The notes: generated from the letters alone by a model not told the origin. A stretch of 64,000 bases of DNA from Chitinophagales bacterium (GCA_015654695.1 JAATGJ010000156.1:1-64000); one strand, 5' to 3'. Counted from the first letter of the stretch, positions 20,408-31,040 are shown. Numbers and translations: made by a program.

Positions 20408-20740
20408 ACCCCAATTTTAATTTCAAAGTGCAAATTTTCTAATGCCCCTAAAAGGGAGAATTGGAAAATTCTTCTTTGCGAAGAGTTAATTATTATGACC
20501 ATGCAAAAGTAAGCATAAAGAGTTCATCTCCCTTTCGCTAGTTGACGGAACTAATTGAAACAACCTATATCCTTTAAGGGTTAAAAAATCAGGTGGGCTG
20601 CCGATAACAAAGATGCCATGAATTCTTATCCTTTAGGAAAAATGCTGATAACACAATCATTCAATTTACTGCGTTAAAATCCAATAAAAGCAAAAGAAAC
20701 GTGTGATTGAAATTCCCCATCAGTTGGCGGAACAGAGGTT

Positions 20741-21946
20741 TTACTTAAAAGCATTTAATCCCGTCACATCCATTCCTGTAATAAGCAAATGTATATCATG
20801 TGTGCCTTCATACGTGATCACACTTTCCAGGTTCATCATGTGGCGCATTACAGGATATTCACCCGTGATACCCATGCCGCCGAGCATTTGTCTTGCATCC
20901 CGGCAAATATTTGCCGCTACCTCGCAGGCATTTCTTTTAGCCATGCTTACTTGCTGCGGTGTTGCGCTCCCGTCACTCATCAATACCCCGAGACGCCAGT
21001 TCAATAACTGTGCCTTGGTGATCTCCGTTACCATCTCTGCCAGTTTTTTTTGCTGTAACTGAAAACCGCCTATCGGTTTACCAAACTGTTCTCTTTCCAA
21101 ACTATACCTCAAAGCCGTATCATAACAATCCATTGCTGCGCCGATAGCTCCCCATGCAATACCATATCTCGCTTTTGTCAAACAACCCAGCGGGCCTTTT
21201 AATCCTTTAACGTTCGGGAAAATATTTTGCTTAGGCACTTTTACATTGTCAAATACCAGTTCACCTGTTGCTGATGCACGAAGGCTCCATTTGCCATGTG
21301 TGGTGGGTGTGGTAAACCCTTCCATTCCTCTTTCTACAATCAAACCTTGTATCTCCCCCTGTTCATTTTTTGCCCATACTACTGCTACCTGTGAAAACGG
21401 GGCGTTGCTGATCCACATTTTAGCGCCGTTCAGTATTACATGATCACCGGCATCCCCGCCTGCCGGACGGGCAGGTTTAAAATTCGTAAGCATACTGGAT
21501 GGATCGCTGCCATGATCAGGTTCTGTCAATCCAAAACAACCGAGACACTCACCGCTTGCTAATTTGGGTAAATATTTCTTCCGCTGCTCTTCACTGCCAT
21601 AAGCATAAATTGGAAACATCACCAGTGATCCCTGTACCGAGGCCGTAGAACGAACACCACTATCACCACGTTCCAGTTCCTGCATCATTAATCCATAAGA
21701 AATATAATCAAGTCCGCCACCCCCATATTCAACTGGTACGGTTGGACCAAAGCAACCGAGATCACCCAACTGCTTTACAATATGCTGCGGGAATTCCGCT
21801 TTTTGTGCATAGTCTTCAATAATGGGAGAAATTTCTTTCTTCACATAGTTACGAACGGATTCACGAATAAGCTTTTGTTCTTCGGTCAGAAGTTCGTCCA
21901 CATTAAAATAATCCGGGCTAATAAAATTGTCTGTACGGGCCGCCAT
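20741..21946 (-). CDS. acyl-CoA dehydrogenase (glutaryl-CoA dehydrogenase-like)
   Basis: ACAD N, middle and C domains are present, with a catalytic Glu near the C-terminus. The N-terminus aligns to GCDH-type enzymes. The track start is TTG, so the gene was re-started at the ATG (MAARTDNF). Confidence 0.85.
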   Translation of the reverse strand: MAARTDNFISPDYFNVDELLTEEQKLIRESVRNYVKKEISPIIEDYAQKAEFPQHIVKQLGDLGCFGPTVPVEYGGGGLDYISYGLMMQELERGDSGVRSTASVQGSLVMFPIYAYGSEEQRKKYLPKLASGECLGCFGLTEPDHGSDPSSMLTNFKPARPAGGDAGDHVILNGAKMWISNAPFSQVAVVWAKNEQGEIQGLIVERGMEGFTTPTTHGKWSLRASATGELVFDNVKVPKQNIFPNVKGLKGPLGCLTKARYGIAWGAIGAAMDCYDTALRYSLEREQFGKPIGGFQLQQKKLAEMVTEITKAQLLNWRLGVLMSDGSATPQQVSMAKRNACEVAANICRDARQMLGGMGITGEYPVMRHMMNLESVITYEGTHDIHLLITGMDVTGLNAFK

Positions 21947-22083
21947 ATGCAATCGAATTTTTAGTTGGGGCAAAGGTAATGGATAAATAAAAAGGAGGCA
22001 ATTCGATTATAGGTGCATCATTTAAGTTACTAAGGCTACCGTTCACTCAAAATAAATATTCATAGATCCTCGCCTGTCATAAA

Positions 22084-22133
22084 ATTCCAGATTTACATTT
22101 TTTGCAAAAATGGAATCAATTCCAAATTTACAT
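22084..22133. promoter_or_regulatory. 15-bp direct repeat ATTCCARATTTACAT x2 (35 bp apart) overlapping an ATTCCA..TGGAAT inverted repeat
   Basis: Seen directly in the 500-bp AT-rich intergenic region about 140-190 bp upstream of the acyl-CoA dehydrogenase start. Candidate operator. Confidence 0.3.
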
Positions 22134-22474
22134 ATTAGTGACATGAAAGGAATATTCGACTAGAAAAAACCAAAAACAAAGCAACCTTGTATTATTTCAT
22201 GGCGGCAACAAAACAGATATTACCAATGAAGGTATAAGCATGCTGCCATGGAATGAAATTGAAAAGTTTTAGAAAAAGTGACCGGGAACATTTTTACAAT
22301 CGAATTTTTAGTTGATGCATAGAAGAAAGTTCAAAGTTTGTAATATGTATTTTTTTGTATCGGGCTATGTCAATCTGATCGCTTTCTGGCTACGTCTTAC
22401 TCATTTACGCCTTTATCTCTTTTAAATACAAAAGAATCATCAAATAACTATACATTGAGTATAAAATCAGCAGC

Positions 22475-22885
22475 GTGAAAAAAATACCTACCGCTATTAT
22501 AGCTTTAATACTGATCTCTCAAACTGCATTTGGCCAGAAAGATTCAACAAATAAGAAACCAGATAACCAAGTCAGACAATATTGGTTCGTTATGCTAACA
22601 GCAGGAAATAACCGTTCGCAAGATTCTGCCACTGCCGCCAAAATACAGGAAGGCCACATGGCTAATATCACTAAGCTGTATTACGAAGGCAAATTAAAAG
22701 TCGCCGGTCCGTTTGGAGACGACGGCAAATGGAGAGGTATATTTATTTTTGATTGCAAGACAAAAGAGGAAGTGGAAAATTTATTAAAGACTGATCCCGC
22801 TGTTTTATCAGGAAGACTGGCTTATGAAATTCATTCATGGTGGACAGCGGCAACGGGTAGCTTTGCGCCGGGAAAACCGAAATAA
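22475..22885 (+). CDS. secreted YciI-like family protein
   Basis: 136 aa with a GTG start and a signal peptide. The GPF..DG.WRGIFIFD...DPAV...YEIHSWW pattern resembles the YciI-like (Dabb) fold. Confidence 0.55.
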   Translation: MKKIPTAIIALILISQTAFGQKDSTNKKPDNQVRQYWFVMLTAGNNRSQDSATAAKIQEGHMANITKLYYEGKLKVAGPFGDDGKWRGIFIFDCKTKEEVENLLKTDPAVLSGRLAYEIHSWWTAATGSFAPGKPK

Positions 22886-22945
22886 AAATTAAAAGTTGCA
22901 TCCGGAAAATATTCTACTTTTATAGCCCATTTTAAAAAGTAACTT

Positions 22946-23203
22946 ATGTTAAGTGTACCAGATGCAGCAAATAAAGCTGTTGAATATCTAAGAAGCCTAT
23001 ATTCTGCGGCTGACAATATTCTTCTTGAAGAAGTTGAATCTTCGGAAGATAATAAATACTGGAATATTACTTTAAGTTATCAGATATTTGAAAAAAATAT
23101 TCTTGGCGGTTGGGCTGTACCACAAAAAAAGTTAAAAGTTTTTAAAATTGATTCGAAAACCGGCACTGTAGTATCAATGAAAATCAGAGAAATCAATGTT
23201 TGA
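22946..23203 (+). CDS. small alpha/beta protein with PepSY-like pattern; upstream partner of PIN-like gene
   Basis: 85 aa. EEVESSEDNKYWNITLSY...KVFKIDSKTGTVVSMKIRE resembles a PepSY-type beta-hairpin fold. Its last 8 nt overlap the next gene (ATGTTTGA). Confidence 0.5.
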   Translation: MLSVPDAANKAVEYLRSLYSAADNILLEEVESSEDNKYWNITLSYQIFEKNILGGWAVPQKKLKVFKIDSKTGTVVSMKIREINV

Positions 23204-23705
23204 TTCAGATATAACTGTGCCTACCGAAATAAGGAATAAAGCAATTATTGTTGACTCTAATCTTTTATTATTGTTTCTGATTGGCCTGTTTGACAAAAGG
23301 TCAATTACATCGTTTTCCGAACGCCTTTCCCGCTACAGCATCGAAGATTATGACTATTTGATAACGCTTGTGAAAGATAAAATCATAGTGATAACACCAA
23401 ACATTATTACCGAAATATCCAGCCTTTCAGGAAAATTCAAGAGGCGTAAAGAGTTTTTCGAATTTTTAGGAAATTATATCCCCTCTCTGAATGAGCTGTA
23501 TGTTCAATCTTCCTCCGTAGTCATTAAAAATACTTTTGTCAAGTTTGGAATAACCGACGCCACAATAATAGAATTATCAAAACAAGGCATTACAACTCTT
23601 ACAGACGATTTTGACCTGTTTTATTATCTTAGTAATCAAAGTTATTCAGCAATCAATTTTACTCAGCTCAGAAGCCCATATATACTTAAGAAGCAGAAGG
23701 AATAA
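23196..23705 (+). CDS. PIN-like domain protein (putative nuclease / toxin)
   Basis: 169 aa. Four acidic motif positions are arranged as in PIN domains: [10 protein letters not shown] near the N-terminus, a central Glu/Asp segment, [12 protein letters not shown], and C-terminal TLTDDFDLF. It lies in an AT-rich islet. Confidence 0.5.
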   Translation: MFDSDITVPTEIRNKAIIVDSNLLLLFLIGLFDKRSITSFSERLSRYSIEDYDYLITLVKDKIIVITPNIITEISSLSGKFKRRKEFFEFLGNYIPSLNELYVQSSSVVIKNTFVKFGITDATIIELSKQGITTLTDDFDLFYYLSNQSYSAINFTQLRSPYILKKQKE

Positions 23706-24546
23706 AAGCTTTCATTTCCTGTTGGTATTGTTGCGCCACCTCTCTTGCCTTTTCCGCAAAATCTTTTCCGCCCGAAGCATAAATAATAGCCCGGCTTGCA
23801 TTCACCAGCAAACCACAATCTTTATTCATGGCTTTCTGAGAAATTTCTTTTAAACTACCACCCTGCGCCCCAACACCAGGAACCAGGTAAAAATGATCGG
23901 GAGTAAGTCTTCGGATATTAATGAATTCATCTGCCTGTGTAGCGCCAATCACGAACATAAGATTATCAGGAGTGCCCCATTCAGCCGCTTTTTTCAGAAC
24001 AGTTTCGTATAAATAAGAAGTAATGTGTTTTGTTATATGCACTTCGTCTTCAAATTCATCTGATTCGGTAATGACCCTTTTTAATTCAAAGTCATTCGCA
24101 CCTGGATTGGAAGTCAATCCCAGAACAATGGCCCACTTGCCTTCGTATTCTAAAAAAGGCTTTACACTGTCCTCCCCCATATATGGCGCAACCGTGATCG
24201 AATCAAAAGGTAATGTTTCAAAAAATGCTTTGGCGTACTGCGAAGAAGTATTACCAATATCCCCTCGCTTGGCATCAGCGATTTTGAAATGATCATTGCC
24301 GATATAACGAACTGTTTTCTCCATGGCCTCCCAGCCTTTCAAACCCAATGCTTCGTAAAAGGCCGTATTGATCTTATAGGCAACACACAAATCTTTCGTA
24401 GCATCAATTATGGCTTTATTAAATGAAAATACCGGATCAGGTTCTGATAGAAGGTGTTTGGGGATTTTTGTTATGTCGGTATCTAAACCCGCACAGAGAT
24501 AAGATCGCTTTTGAAAAATCTGGTGAACGAGTTGCTGCCTTGTCAT
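23686..24546 (-). CDS. pyrF: orotidine 5'-phosphate decarboxylase (type 2)
   Basis: 286 aa. The YLCAGLDTD active-site region is typical of the long type-2 OMP decarboxylase. Confidence 0.9.
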   Translation of the reverse strand: MTRQQLVHQIFQKRSYLCAGLDTDITKIPKHLLSEPDPVFSFNKAIIDATKDLCVAYKINTAFYEALGLKGWEAMEKTVRYIGNDHFKIADAKRGDIGNTSSQYAKAFFETLPFDSITVAPYMGEDSVKPFLEYEGKWAIVLGLTSNPGANDFELKRVITESDEFEDEVHITKHITSYLYETVLKKAAEWGTPDNLMFVIGATQADEFINIRRLTPDHFYLVPGVGAQGGSLKEISQKAMNKDCGLLVNASRAIIYASGGKDFAEKAREVAQQYQQEMKAFIPSAS

Positions 24547-24599
24547 GAATGCAAAAATACTGTTTGAAGCAGTTCAAATCTTTTGAGAAGGGAAATACT

Positions 24600-25871
24600 T
24601 TATGCTATCAATTGCTTCAACACATCAGCAAACCGCCATACTTCTTCAAAACTGTTATACAACGGTACGGGTGCCAGTCGTATCACATTCGGTTCCCGCC
24701 AGTCAACTATGATTCCCTGTTTCATCAGGCCCTCATAAATTTCTTTACCTCTTTCCAGCATCAGCATGGATACCTGGCAGCCTCTTTCGGCAAAATGTTG
24801 GGGGGTGATAAACTCAATGATCTTTTTGGATGAGGTTGTATTTACTTCTTCCAGTAAAAACCATAAATAATCAGTAAGTACCTTTTGTTTTGCCCGGATA
24901 TTTGTCCAGCCTGCTTCTTCAAAAATTTCTAATGATGCCCTGTGTGCCGCATACAAAAACAAAGCTGGTGTACTTAATTGCCATCCTTCCGCACCTGGCA
25001 TAGCGGTAAAACCTTTTTCCATTTTAAAACGGGTAGCCTTATCATAACCCCACCACCCGGCAAAGCGTGGCAGGTCTTTATCATGATTCTTCTCATGAAT
25101 AAAAACACCACCAATAGCGCCGGGCCCGGAATTTAGATATTTATAACTGCACCAGCAGGCAAAGTCAACTCCCCATTCATGTAATTGCAAATCCACATTA
25201 CCTGCGGCATGGGCCAGGTCAAAACCAACTACTACACCTGCTGATTGAGCGGCTTTGGTAATAGCCCCCATATCAAACAACTGACCCGTGTAGTAATTGA
25301 TGCCACTCAATAAAACAAGAGCGGCAGATCCACTATGTTGCTGAATAACAGAAAGAATATCTTCTGTCCGCAACGTATGTTCGCCTTTGCGCGGATTTAC
25401 TTCAATTATAGCATGAGCAGGATCTAACCTGTGATGTTTAACATGTGTTTCAAAAGTATATTGGTCGCTGGGAAAGGCTTTGGCTTCGCAGATAATTTTG
25501 TAACGCTTTGCAGACGGACGATAAAAACTCACCAGCATTAAATGAAGATTTACCGTTAGTTGATTCATCACCACTACTTCATGAGGTAATGCGCCAACAA
25601 TTTTGGATAAGGGGCGAATAAGATGATCGTGATAATTCAGCCACGGTTCCGGTGCATGAAAAAAAGATTCAACACCCAGGTTAGCCCAATCCTGCATGAT
25701 TCGTTGTATATAATCATTTACTGATTTGGGTTGCAGGCCCAGTGAATTGCCAAGGAAATAAACCTGTTGCCTGCTATTTACTTCAGGAATAATAAATTTA
25801 TTCCTGAAATTTTTTAACGGATCAGTTGCATCTAGCTGCCGGGCGAATGATAAAGTGTTTTCAAACTGCAT
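24600..25871 (-). CDS. kynU: kynureninase
   Basis: PLP-dependent fold type I with kynureninase-specific N- and C-terminal regions. The track start is TTG, so the gene was re-started at the adjacent ATG. Confidence 0.9.
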   Translation of the reverse strand: MQFENTLSFARQLDATDPLKNFRNKFIIPEVNSRQQVYFLGNSLGLQPKSVNDYIQRIMQDWANLGVESFFHAPEPWLNYHDHLIRPLSKIVGALPHEVVVMNQLTVNLHLMLVSFYRPSAKRYKIICEAKAFPSDQYTFETHVKHHRLDPAHAIIEVNPRKGEHTLRTEDILSVIQQHSGSAALVLLSGINYYTGQLFDMGAITKAAQSAGVVVGFDLAHAAGNVDLQLHEWGVDFACWCSYKYLNSGPGAIGGVFIHEKNHDKDLPRFAGWWGYDKATRFKMEKGFTAMPGAEGWQLSTPALFLYAAHRASLEIFEEAGWTNIRAKQKVLTDYLWFLLEEVNTTSSKKIIEFITPQHFAERGCQVSMLMLERGKEIYEGLMKQGIIVDWREPNVIRLAPVPLYNSFEEVWRFADVLKQLIA

Positions 25872-25882
25872 CAATCGTGTTT

Positions 25883-26668
25883 TTAAAATGCGCCTGTACT
25901 GCCTCCATCTACCGGTATGCTTGTACCATTTACATAAGAAGCGGCGGGTGATGCCAGGAAGGCAGCTACGGTGGCTATTTCTTCCGCTTCTCCAAAGCGC
26001 CCGGCCGGTATTTGTTCCTGCATCCGTTTAGCCAGTTCTTCCTTAGAGATGTTTTGTTTAGTCGCATTAGTGGTTAACAAACTATCCAATCGCTGCGTTT
26101 TAGTATAACCGGGTAATAGGTTATTTACTGTAATACCATACTTCGCTACTTCAAGTGATAATGTTTTCGCCCATGCTGCAGTAGCCGCACGGATAGTATT
26201 GGAAACACCGAGATTGGCGATCGGAATTTTTACAGACGTTGAGATGATATTGATGATGCGGCCATAACCCGCTTCCTTCATATCCGGCAGTACCGCCTGT
26301 ACCAATACCTGGTTATTGATGATATGTTGCTGAAAAGCATTGCTGAAACTATCCGTAGCAGCATCTGTGATAGCACCCGGCGCAGGTCCGCCTGTGTTAT
26401 TAATCAAAACATGGATAGTCTTCTGGCGTACTATTTTTTCTATAGCAGTTTTTACATCCTGGTTATTGGAAAAATCAGCTAACGCATAACCATGCTGCTG
26501 CCCTTTTGATGTATCCAGTAGCGTAATCGTTTTTTGCAGGGAAGTTTCATTACGTGCCAGCAATATACAGTTGGCTCCTGACAATGCTAGTTCTTTGGCA
26601 ATAGCCAGGCCGATACCTTGCGTACTACCACAGATAATGGCTGTTTTACCTTCTAATGAAATATTCAT
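25883..26668 (-). CDS. SDR family oxidoreductase
   Basis: 261 aa. Glycine-rich motif GSTQGIG, NNTG, and a YxxxK catalytic region. Confidence 0.85.
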   Translation of the reverse strand: MNISLEGKTAIICGSTQGIGLAIAKELALSGANCILLARNETSLQKTITLLDTSKGQQHGYALADFSNNQDVKTAIEKIVRQKTIHVLINNTGGPAPGAITDAATDSFSNAFQQHIINNQVLVQAVLPDMKEAGYGRIINIISTSVKIPIANLGVSNTIRAATAAWAKTLSLEVAKYGITVNNLLPGYTKTQRLDSLLTTNATKQNISKEELAKRMQEQIPAGRFGEAEEIATVAAFLASPAASYVNGTSIPVDGGSTGAF

Positions 26669-26985
26669 ATATCCAAACCTAAGTTAAAAAAATGTAACTT
26701 TTATTTTACGCTAAGAACATGGCCGTTTTTTTTATCCAATAAAAGAAGAACAAAAGTAAAAGGCATTATTGTAACAACCGCCACGCTTATCCAGTCTGCA
26801 AAAGCAGGAGAAAGAAAAACCACGACAACCACTGTAGCCTTTTCAATAAACCATAAATACAAATGAGATTAGGAAAATAAATAAACCATGCCGCCACAGC
26901 GAACTATTTATTTTATAAAAAACACCAAAGAAATGATAAATGGCGGCAAGGCCGGAGAATATTGTCAATACAATGAAAGCTGACC

Positions 26986-27363
26986 TCATATCAATTGTAG
27001 CTTGGCAACTTTAGGGTCAACTTCTACAGTATCATGTTCGAAATTTAGTTTGATGCGCCATTTTTGTAAAGTAGCAGCACCAATAATAGCTTCTTCGCTA
27101 AGAGCTGGAACTACAAGAAACTCATCACTGAGCAAAACATCATTGATATAAAAATCCAGCCTGACTGCATCTTTTACTTCAATAAAATGCCCTGCACTGG
27201 TGGTAGCAATCTTTCTTATCCTTCCTAAAGCCTGCTTATCTGCAATATCTTGAACAAAGTCGGGATGGATACATGACAAATTAGCTCCGCTGTCAAAAAG
27301 GGTATAAAGGTTCTTTTCTCCTTTTGAACCAACAAATAATAAAGGAATCTTAATAACAGACAT
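26986..27363 (-). CDS. single-domain retropepsin-like aspartic protease (paralog 2)
   Basis: 125 aa. LFDSGAN motif; about 50% identical to the 13574..13957 protein, including the C-terminal IIGAATLQKWRIKLNFEHDTV. Confidence 0.6.
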   Translation of the reverse strand: MSVIKIPLLFVGSKGEKNLYTLFDSGANLSCIHPDFVQDIADKQALGRIRKIATTSAGHFIEVKDAVRLDFYINDVLLSDEFLVVPALSEEAIIGAATLQKWRIKLNFEHDTVEVDPKVAKLQLI

Positions 27364-27414
27364 AACGGTAAGGTTTTACTAAAGGTATAAATTTATCCGC
27401 ACAAGCTTAGTCTT

Positions 27415-28317
27415 TTATTCATTAAACAGGTTAGGGTAGTCAGAAATAATCCCATCCACTCCCATTTGTTTTAATTTATCAATGGACGGTTTATCATTCA
27501 CTGTCCAGGGAATCACTTTCATGTTTTGCCGGTGACAATTCTTTATCAATTTCTCGTTCACCAATTCCTGCGCAGGGCTGTAAATAGTGGGAACAAATCC
27601 CAGGGCTTTTACCTGCTCATCCAAAGTTCTTTTATCATAATCTTCGATCAGCATAGCAGTTTTAATAGTAGGATAATGCTGGTGCAGGTATTGCAGCGTC
27701 CTGAAATCAAAAGACTGGATGATCACAAGGTCTTCTATTCCCTTTTCTTTGATCACTCCCATCAGCAGTTCAACAAACTCATCCGGCTTTGGCTGAAATA
27801 CACCATCAAATTCAGGATCGCTCTTGGTCTCAATGTTATAATAAGGGAAAGGACGCCTCCGGGTTTTCATGGATCCGTTCACACTGTCTATTACATCAGC
27901 AAGCAGAGGCTTGACCGCTTTCATCTTTTTTTGCTGTGGGAAACGCGGATGCGGTTTCATCCCTATATCAAAAGTTTTTACTTCCTCATAGGTCATCCAA
28001 TAGATATTGAACTTCCTTTCCTCTCTCGGGCCTATATACGTACCATCGGGCTTTGTGGTTATTTCTTCACCAAACCATTGTTCATGCGACAATATCACTT
28101 TTTTATCTTTGGTGATGACAACATCCATTTCCAAAGTGGTGACACCAAGATCCAATGCAGTCCGCATAGCGGCGATCGTATTCTCAGGCATCAGGCCCCG
28201 GCAACCACGGTGACCCTGTTTATCAAAGTTCAATTTACCTGGTTTTGTGTTCATCATTTTTTTTGAACCTCCGCATGAAAATAAGACAACTAAAAGTAAC
28301 AGGAAGAAGGGTTTCAT
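27415..28317 (-). CDS. glycerophosphodiester phosphodiesterase family lipoprotein
   Basis: 300 aa with a lipoprotein signal. The HRG...ENT...E.D catalytic motif of the GDPD family is present. Confidence 0.85.
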   Translation of the reverse strand: MKPFFLLLLVVLFSCGGSKKMMNTKPGKLNFDKQGHRGCRGLMPENTIAAMRTALDLGVTTLEMDVVITKDKKVILSHEQWFGEEITTKPDGTYIGPREERKFNIYWMTYEEVKTFDIGMKPHPRFPQQKKMKAVKPLLADVIDSVNGSMKTRRRPFPYYNIETKSDPEFDGVFQPKPDEFVELLMGVIKEKGIEDLVIIQSFDFRTLQYLHQHYPTIKTAMLIEDYDKRTLDEQVKALGFVPTIYSPAQELVNEKLIKNCHRQNMKVIPWTVNDKPSIDKLKQMGVDGIISDYPNLFNE

Positions 28318-28331
28318 AAAATAGATTTACA

Positions 28332-28991
28332 TCAGGGCAGTTGATTGCCCGGTGTTTTTTTGTCAAACAATTTTGAAGCTCTCTTTTTCATCTCCGCGGC
28401 AATGTATTGACCATCTCCGCCCTGCTGTTCCAGCTTCTCAATGATGTTGTGATAACTTTTCTCATCCCGGTTCTGGCTTAACTTGAATACATTATCCATT
28501 TCAGTTACTTCCACCTCAAAAGCAACAATGGCCTTCAGTAACGGATTTCGATATTCTTCCGACAAGTTGTCAAATACAGTGGATGAACGGGAATCATTAT
28601 TCTCATAATACAACGTAAGGCGTTTGAGTATATTAATTAACGCTTCTTCATCACCGAAACGAATGATGCCTTTTGCATGAACGCTTACATAATTCCAGGT
28701 AGATGCCTGTGACGGGTTATCATACCAGGTACCGCTTACGTACACGTGTGGACTGGTAAAAACAGCCAGTACGTTTGAATTATGTAAAAATGCTTTATGA
28801 TGGTCTGTATTCTTCATGATATGGCCGGTAAGAAAAAGTTTTCCTTCTTTTTCGTCAAAGAAGACCGGGACTTGTGTAACGATCGGTTTGCTTTCCGCAT
28901 TGCAGCCAGTGAGAAAAGCAAATGGATGATCGCGGACAAATTGTTTTACCACTTCTTCATCCTTTTCTTTAAAATATGGAAGATTATACAT
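28332..28991 (-). CDS. PaiB-family FMN-binding negative transcriptional regulator
   Basis: PaiB-like fold (pfam FMN_bind_2 pattern). The track start is CTG with an implausible 52-aa extension, so the gene was re-started at the internal ATG (MYNLPYF). Confidence 0.7.
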   Translation of the reverse strand: MYNLPYFKEKDEEVVKQFVRDHPFAFLTGCNAESKPIVTQVPVFFDEKEGKLFLTGHIMKNTDHHKAFLHNSNVLAVFTSPHVYVSGTWYDNPSQASTWNYVSVHAKGIIRFGDEEALINILKRLTLYYENNDSRSSTVFDNLSEEYRNPLLKAIVAFEVEVTEMDNVFKLSQNRDEKSYHNIIEKLEQQGGDGQYIAAEMKKRASKLFDKKTPGNQLP

Positions 28992-29152
28992 GACGTGAAG
29001 ATAGGAAAAAGCCTCCCCCAAACCTCCCGAATCCCCGGGACAGGCTCTCCAAAGGAAGGGCTTTAGATGCTGAAAATTTAAAGTTTCCTGATGGATTGCA
29101 AAAAATGGGATTTGAATAAATAATACTGGTACTACAGCCAGACCCAAAAATA

Positions 29153-30250
29153 TTAGCTCACAACTTCAACAACTTTCTCCGTACTCATATTCGCATTCCG
29201 CATAGCAATGCTGCGCACTACATGAGCCGCGAATCCTTCAAATGCTTTTTTGGTAATAGCATCATCGCCTATCATGACAGGCACACCCGTATCACCACCT
29301 TCCCGGATGCTTTGTACCAATGGGATCTGGCCAAGAAAAGGAATATCATATTCATCTGCCAAACGTTTGCCACCATCTTTTCCAAAAATGTAGTATTTAT
29401 TACCAGGTAATTCCGCCGGGGTAAAATAACTCATGTTCTCTACCAAACCAATAACCGGAACATTCAACTGCGCCTGGCCAAACATGGCAATACCTTTCTT
29501 TGCATCAGCCAATGCTACATCCTGCGGAGTAGTAACGATCACGGCTCCTGTTACAGGTACAGTTTGCATTAATGTCAGGTGAATATCACCGGTTCCCGGT
29601 GGCATATCAACGATCAGGTAATCCAACTCACCCCAATATACATCCGTAATGAATTGTCTTATTGCACTGCTGGCCATCGGACCGCGCCATATCACCGCGT
29701 TTTTTTCATCCACCAGCAAGCCGATACTTATCAGTTTTATTCCATATCGTTCCAAAGGCGCTATCATTCCTTTGCTCCCTTCTATCTCTATCATCATGGG
29801 TCTTTCACCACGAACGCCAAACATGATCGGCACACTGGGACCATAAATATCAGCATCCATCAACCCGACCCGCGCCCCGCTTTGCGAAATGGCCAAAGCA
29901 AGATTTGCAGCGACAGTTGATTTTCCTACGCCCACTTTTCCGCTTACTACAGCAATGATATTTTTAACACCTGGTAATACGGCTTTATTATCTGTACGCT
30001 TAGTAGTTGTATTGGAAGTAAAATTTACTTTCACCACAGCATCCTTATTCACCAGCAATTTGATCGCATTGATGCAGGCGTTTTTTATATGATCCTTCAT
30101 CGGGCAGGCAGGCGTCGTCAGCACCACTGTGAATGACACATAGTATTTTTCTATCACGATATCCTTTATCATATTCAGCGTTACAAGATCCTTTCCGAGG
30201 TCGGGTTCCTGCACATTTCTGAGGGCTTCCAGTACTTTTTCTTCCGTCAT
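29153..30250 (-). CDS. apbC: Mrp/NBP35 family iron-sulfur cluster carrier ATPase
   Basis: Walker A GKGGVGKST, a CxxC motif and an N-terminal DUF59-like domain. The track start is TTG, so the gene was re-started at the ATG two codons in. Confidence 0.9.
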   Translation of the reverse strand: MTEEKVLEALRNVQEPDLGKDLVTLNMIKDIVIEKYYVSFTVVLTTPACPMKDHIKNACINAIKLLVNKDAVVKVNFTSNTTTKRTDNKAVLPGVKNIIAVVSGKVGVGKSTVAANLALAISQSGARVGLMDADIYGPSVPIMFGVRGERPMMIEIEGSKGMIAPLERYGIKLISIGLLVDEKNAVIWRGPMASSAIRQFITDVYWGELDYLIVDMPPGTGDIHLTLMQTVPVTGAVIVTTPQDVALADAKKGIAMFGQAQLNVPVIGLVENMSYFTPAELPGNKYYIFGKDGGKRLADEYDIPFLGQIPLVQSIREGGDTGVPVMIGDDAITKKAFEGFAAHVVRSIAMRNANMSTEKVVEVVS

Positions 30251-30354
30251 ATTCAAAGCTTATGTTAAATTAGAATTCCAGTTGCAAAGGTAAACACTCA
30301 GCAACCTAATTTGTTGTCTTAATTACACAACTTGTACTTATTTTTGAAGCTACG

Positions 30355-30993
30355 ATGAAGAAATTTCTACTCTATACCGCCATCGCCTTTTTTATTATTC
30401 CCGCTACTGCCAAAGCGCAGTTTGAAACAGCCCGTGATTCTGTAGTACAGTTGTATGGCGTTATCATGACGGCAGATAGCCTTGTCGGTATCCCTGCTGT
30501 GAGTGTAATGGTAAAAGGACAAAACCGGGGAACGATCACCAATAACCAGGGTGTTTTTTCCATCGTGGTATTAAAAGGAGACCAGGTAGAATTCACCCAT
30601 GTCAGTTATAAGCCAAAAACGATCAGCATTCCCCGCAATATGCAAGGTAATCAATTCAGTGTAGTGCAACTGCTTGTTGAGGACACTGTCTATCTTCCTG
30701 CCACCATCATACGGCCGCGTCCTACACCTGAGCAGTTTGCCCGCGACTTTGTAAGTACTAAAGTTCCTGATGATGATATTGAAATAGCGAGAAGAAATAC
30801 CGACGCTACCACGCGCCGCATATTAATGAAAACCACTCCGGGCGATGGCAGAGAGGCAACCGCGATCCAGTTCAACAATATTGCAAAGAAAGCCGTGTAT
30901 TCCGGCCAGGTCCCTCCAATGAATATCTTCAACCCTGCAGCATGGGCAGATTTTATACAGGCATGGAAGCGGGGGGATTTTAAGAATAAATAA
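30355..30993 (+). CDS. secreted protein with CarboxypepD_reg-like domain
   Basis: 212 aa with a signal peptide. The G.I.D..G.P...A.V...G...G..T...G.F beta-sandwich pattern is present. Confidence 0.55.
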   Translation: MKKFLLYTAIAFFIIPATAKAQFETARDSVVQLYGVIMTADSLVGIPAVSVMVKGQNRGTITNNQGVFSIVVLKGDQVEFTHVSYKPKTISIPRNMQGNQFSVVQLLVEDTVYLPATIIRPRPTPEQFARDFVSTKVPDDDIEIARRNTDATTRRILMKTTPGDGREATAIQFNNIAKKAVYSGQVPPMNIFNPAAWADFIQAWKRGDFKNK

Positions 30994-31040
30994 AGCCCCG
31001 GATCAAGCACTGTCTTACTATCCGGCTTTATTATTTATCA
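30991..31040 (+). terminator. putative rho-independent terminator
   Basis: TAAAGCCcCGGAT ..17-nt loop.. ATCCGGCTTTA followed by TTATTATTTAT, lying directly after the 30355..30993 gene. Confidence 0.4.

Noticed and set aside
27526-28266. 246-aa plus-strand ORF
   Set aside because: It is antisense to the well-supported GDPD gene and has no motifs.
28992-29147. N-terminal 52-aa extension of the PaiB ORF, and similar TTG/CTG-initiated extensions on acdH, apbC and kynU
   Set aside because: The ORF track initiates at non-ATG codons. The internal ATGs give N-termini that match family norms.
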